Source: an uncultured Methanomicrobia archaeon
GTDB taxonomy: Archaea > Halobacteriota > Bog-38 > Methanoflorentales > Methanoflorentaceae
DNA length: 41,570 nt
Assembly: GCA_964355295.1 (NCBI GenBank)
Contig: CAYHCZ010000005.1
Span: 1 to 41,570 of the forward strand
Direction: 5' to 3'
The notes under the pieces are model-generated. The model was not told the origin of the DNA. It made no database searches and worked only from the letters and a program-made list of their open reading frames with translations. This document shows, one piece after another, positions 40,626 to 41,570 of the stretch. A program made the translations under genes and the position numbers. How positions within the stretch are numbered: position 1 is the stretch's first letter; each line of letters opens with the position of its first letter.

Positions 40626-41130
40626 ATGCAGGTTGCGGTGATATCCGCTCCCTGGCCTAGTGGTGCGCCAAATAAGTCTATCTTCGCCCTTGCATTCATA
40701 TTGGATTCCAGAGCGACAAAGTGTTGATAATTGATGCAAATACGGAGAGGATTTCGTGCCTCTTAAAAAAATGTTAGTTGGTGGACATTGGGATTGGCTT
40801 ACACAACCTCGCGGATGAGAAGCCCACGACTTATTCAGCGGTTCCTTGGGTAGCTAAGACGCTTGTGCGCAAATAAAAACCAGCATCGAACTCATCAAGG
40901 CTAGTTCCGATACAGACGTGGTTCTCTTTTTTCAGCGTATCTACATTATCTCATATCACTTTGACCATAAAAGTTTTAAAAAAGAGGGCGGTTCAAATCA
41001 TAAATCGCAGTCCGCCCGTCACGCCGCTTTCGAAAGTGTTTTCACTACAGAGTGCTTTGATTTTTCGCCTGCTAGACGATATCTTCGCGCACTTGGCCAA
41101 TATCGTGAAAGTAACGAATCAAGCTCAAGG
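40626..41130 (+). pseudogene. Decayed glycosyltransferase (GT4-like) N-terminal region
   Basis: Frameshifted fragments MQVAVISAPWPSGAP, IIDANTERI, DIGIGLH, QIKTSIELIK...DVVLFF, TIKVLKKRAVQII. Confidence 0.45.
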
Positions 41131-41230
41131 GACCCCTTGCGCTTGTTATGGTTACTCTGAAACGCCCCAAGACCAGCAAATTGCAGGCAAAAGACGCTAT
41201 TTATTTTTAAACGGGCGGACCTAACCACAT

Positions 41231-41569
41231 CCCTCGCAGTGCCCGGAACGACCATGCTTTTGACCCCACCAGGTGATAAATTATTTTCCTTCTGAGGGTG
41301 CGACTGATTCGCGTGCTCGCTTCAACTGCAAAGCGCAAGTCCATCGACCCATTTTCGTAGAGGTACCAACAGTAAGAAAGATGACATCTGTTTAGATGGC
41401 CTCATCACAACTTTCAACGGCGCGCGGCGTTTAAGGATTGGTTGGCCGCTGGCGTGGTGGGGGCTAGGTGCCGACGGTGAGTGAAAGGGTGGAGGAGGAG
41501 GAGGCGTTGTAGGCGGTGGCGTCGCCGGAGAAGTAGGCGAAGTAGTGGTAGATGCCTAGGGACTCGGTG
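41231..41569. repeat. ~339-bp direct repeat, copy 2
   Basis: Matches 34993..35331. Confidence 0.95.
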
Positions 41570-41570
41570 C
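41464..41570 (-). CDS. C-terminal end of an Ig-like (Big) domain protein, probably continuing beyond the window
   Basis: TESLGIYHYFAYFSGDATAYNASSSSTLSLTVGT*, similar to the F.G...Y..S ends of the surface proteins at 8659 and 10986. Confidence 0.6.
   Translation of the reverse strand, partial: TESLGIYHYFAYFSGDATAYNASSSSTLSLTVGT

Overview
Probably archaeal DNA, most likely a Halobacteriota/Methanomicrobia-like lineage. This is inferred from TATA-box promoters, a DUF2206-like gene, an archaeal-type tRNA-Val fragment and an SSV-type integrase remnant. The left 24 kb holds an unusually elaborate lasso-peptide (RiPP) gene cluster on the minus strand: B2 leader peptidase, B1/RRE, three lasso cyclases, two HPr-kinase-like kinases, an ABC exporter, an NTP_transf_5-type nucleotidyltransferase and an agmatinase/arginase-family enzyme. 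Two precursor genes missing from the ORF track were found by hand translation. 4532..4660 has predicted core SLGPAGDDVQGGSIYHFS. 18530..18670 has predicted core RGTGSGDGSPAPRAKTQGT, with an unusual Arg1. The cluster is interrupted by PKD/Ig-like surface-protein genes and a tRNA-att/integrase scar. It runs into a partly decayed surface-glycan locus (ugd, galU, DegT aminotransferase, methyltransferase, GT4, Wzx, amidotransferase-like PP-loop protein, acyltransferase, DUF2206) with several pseudogenes and a ~339-bp direct repeat. All family calls come from motif recognition; no database searches were run.
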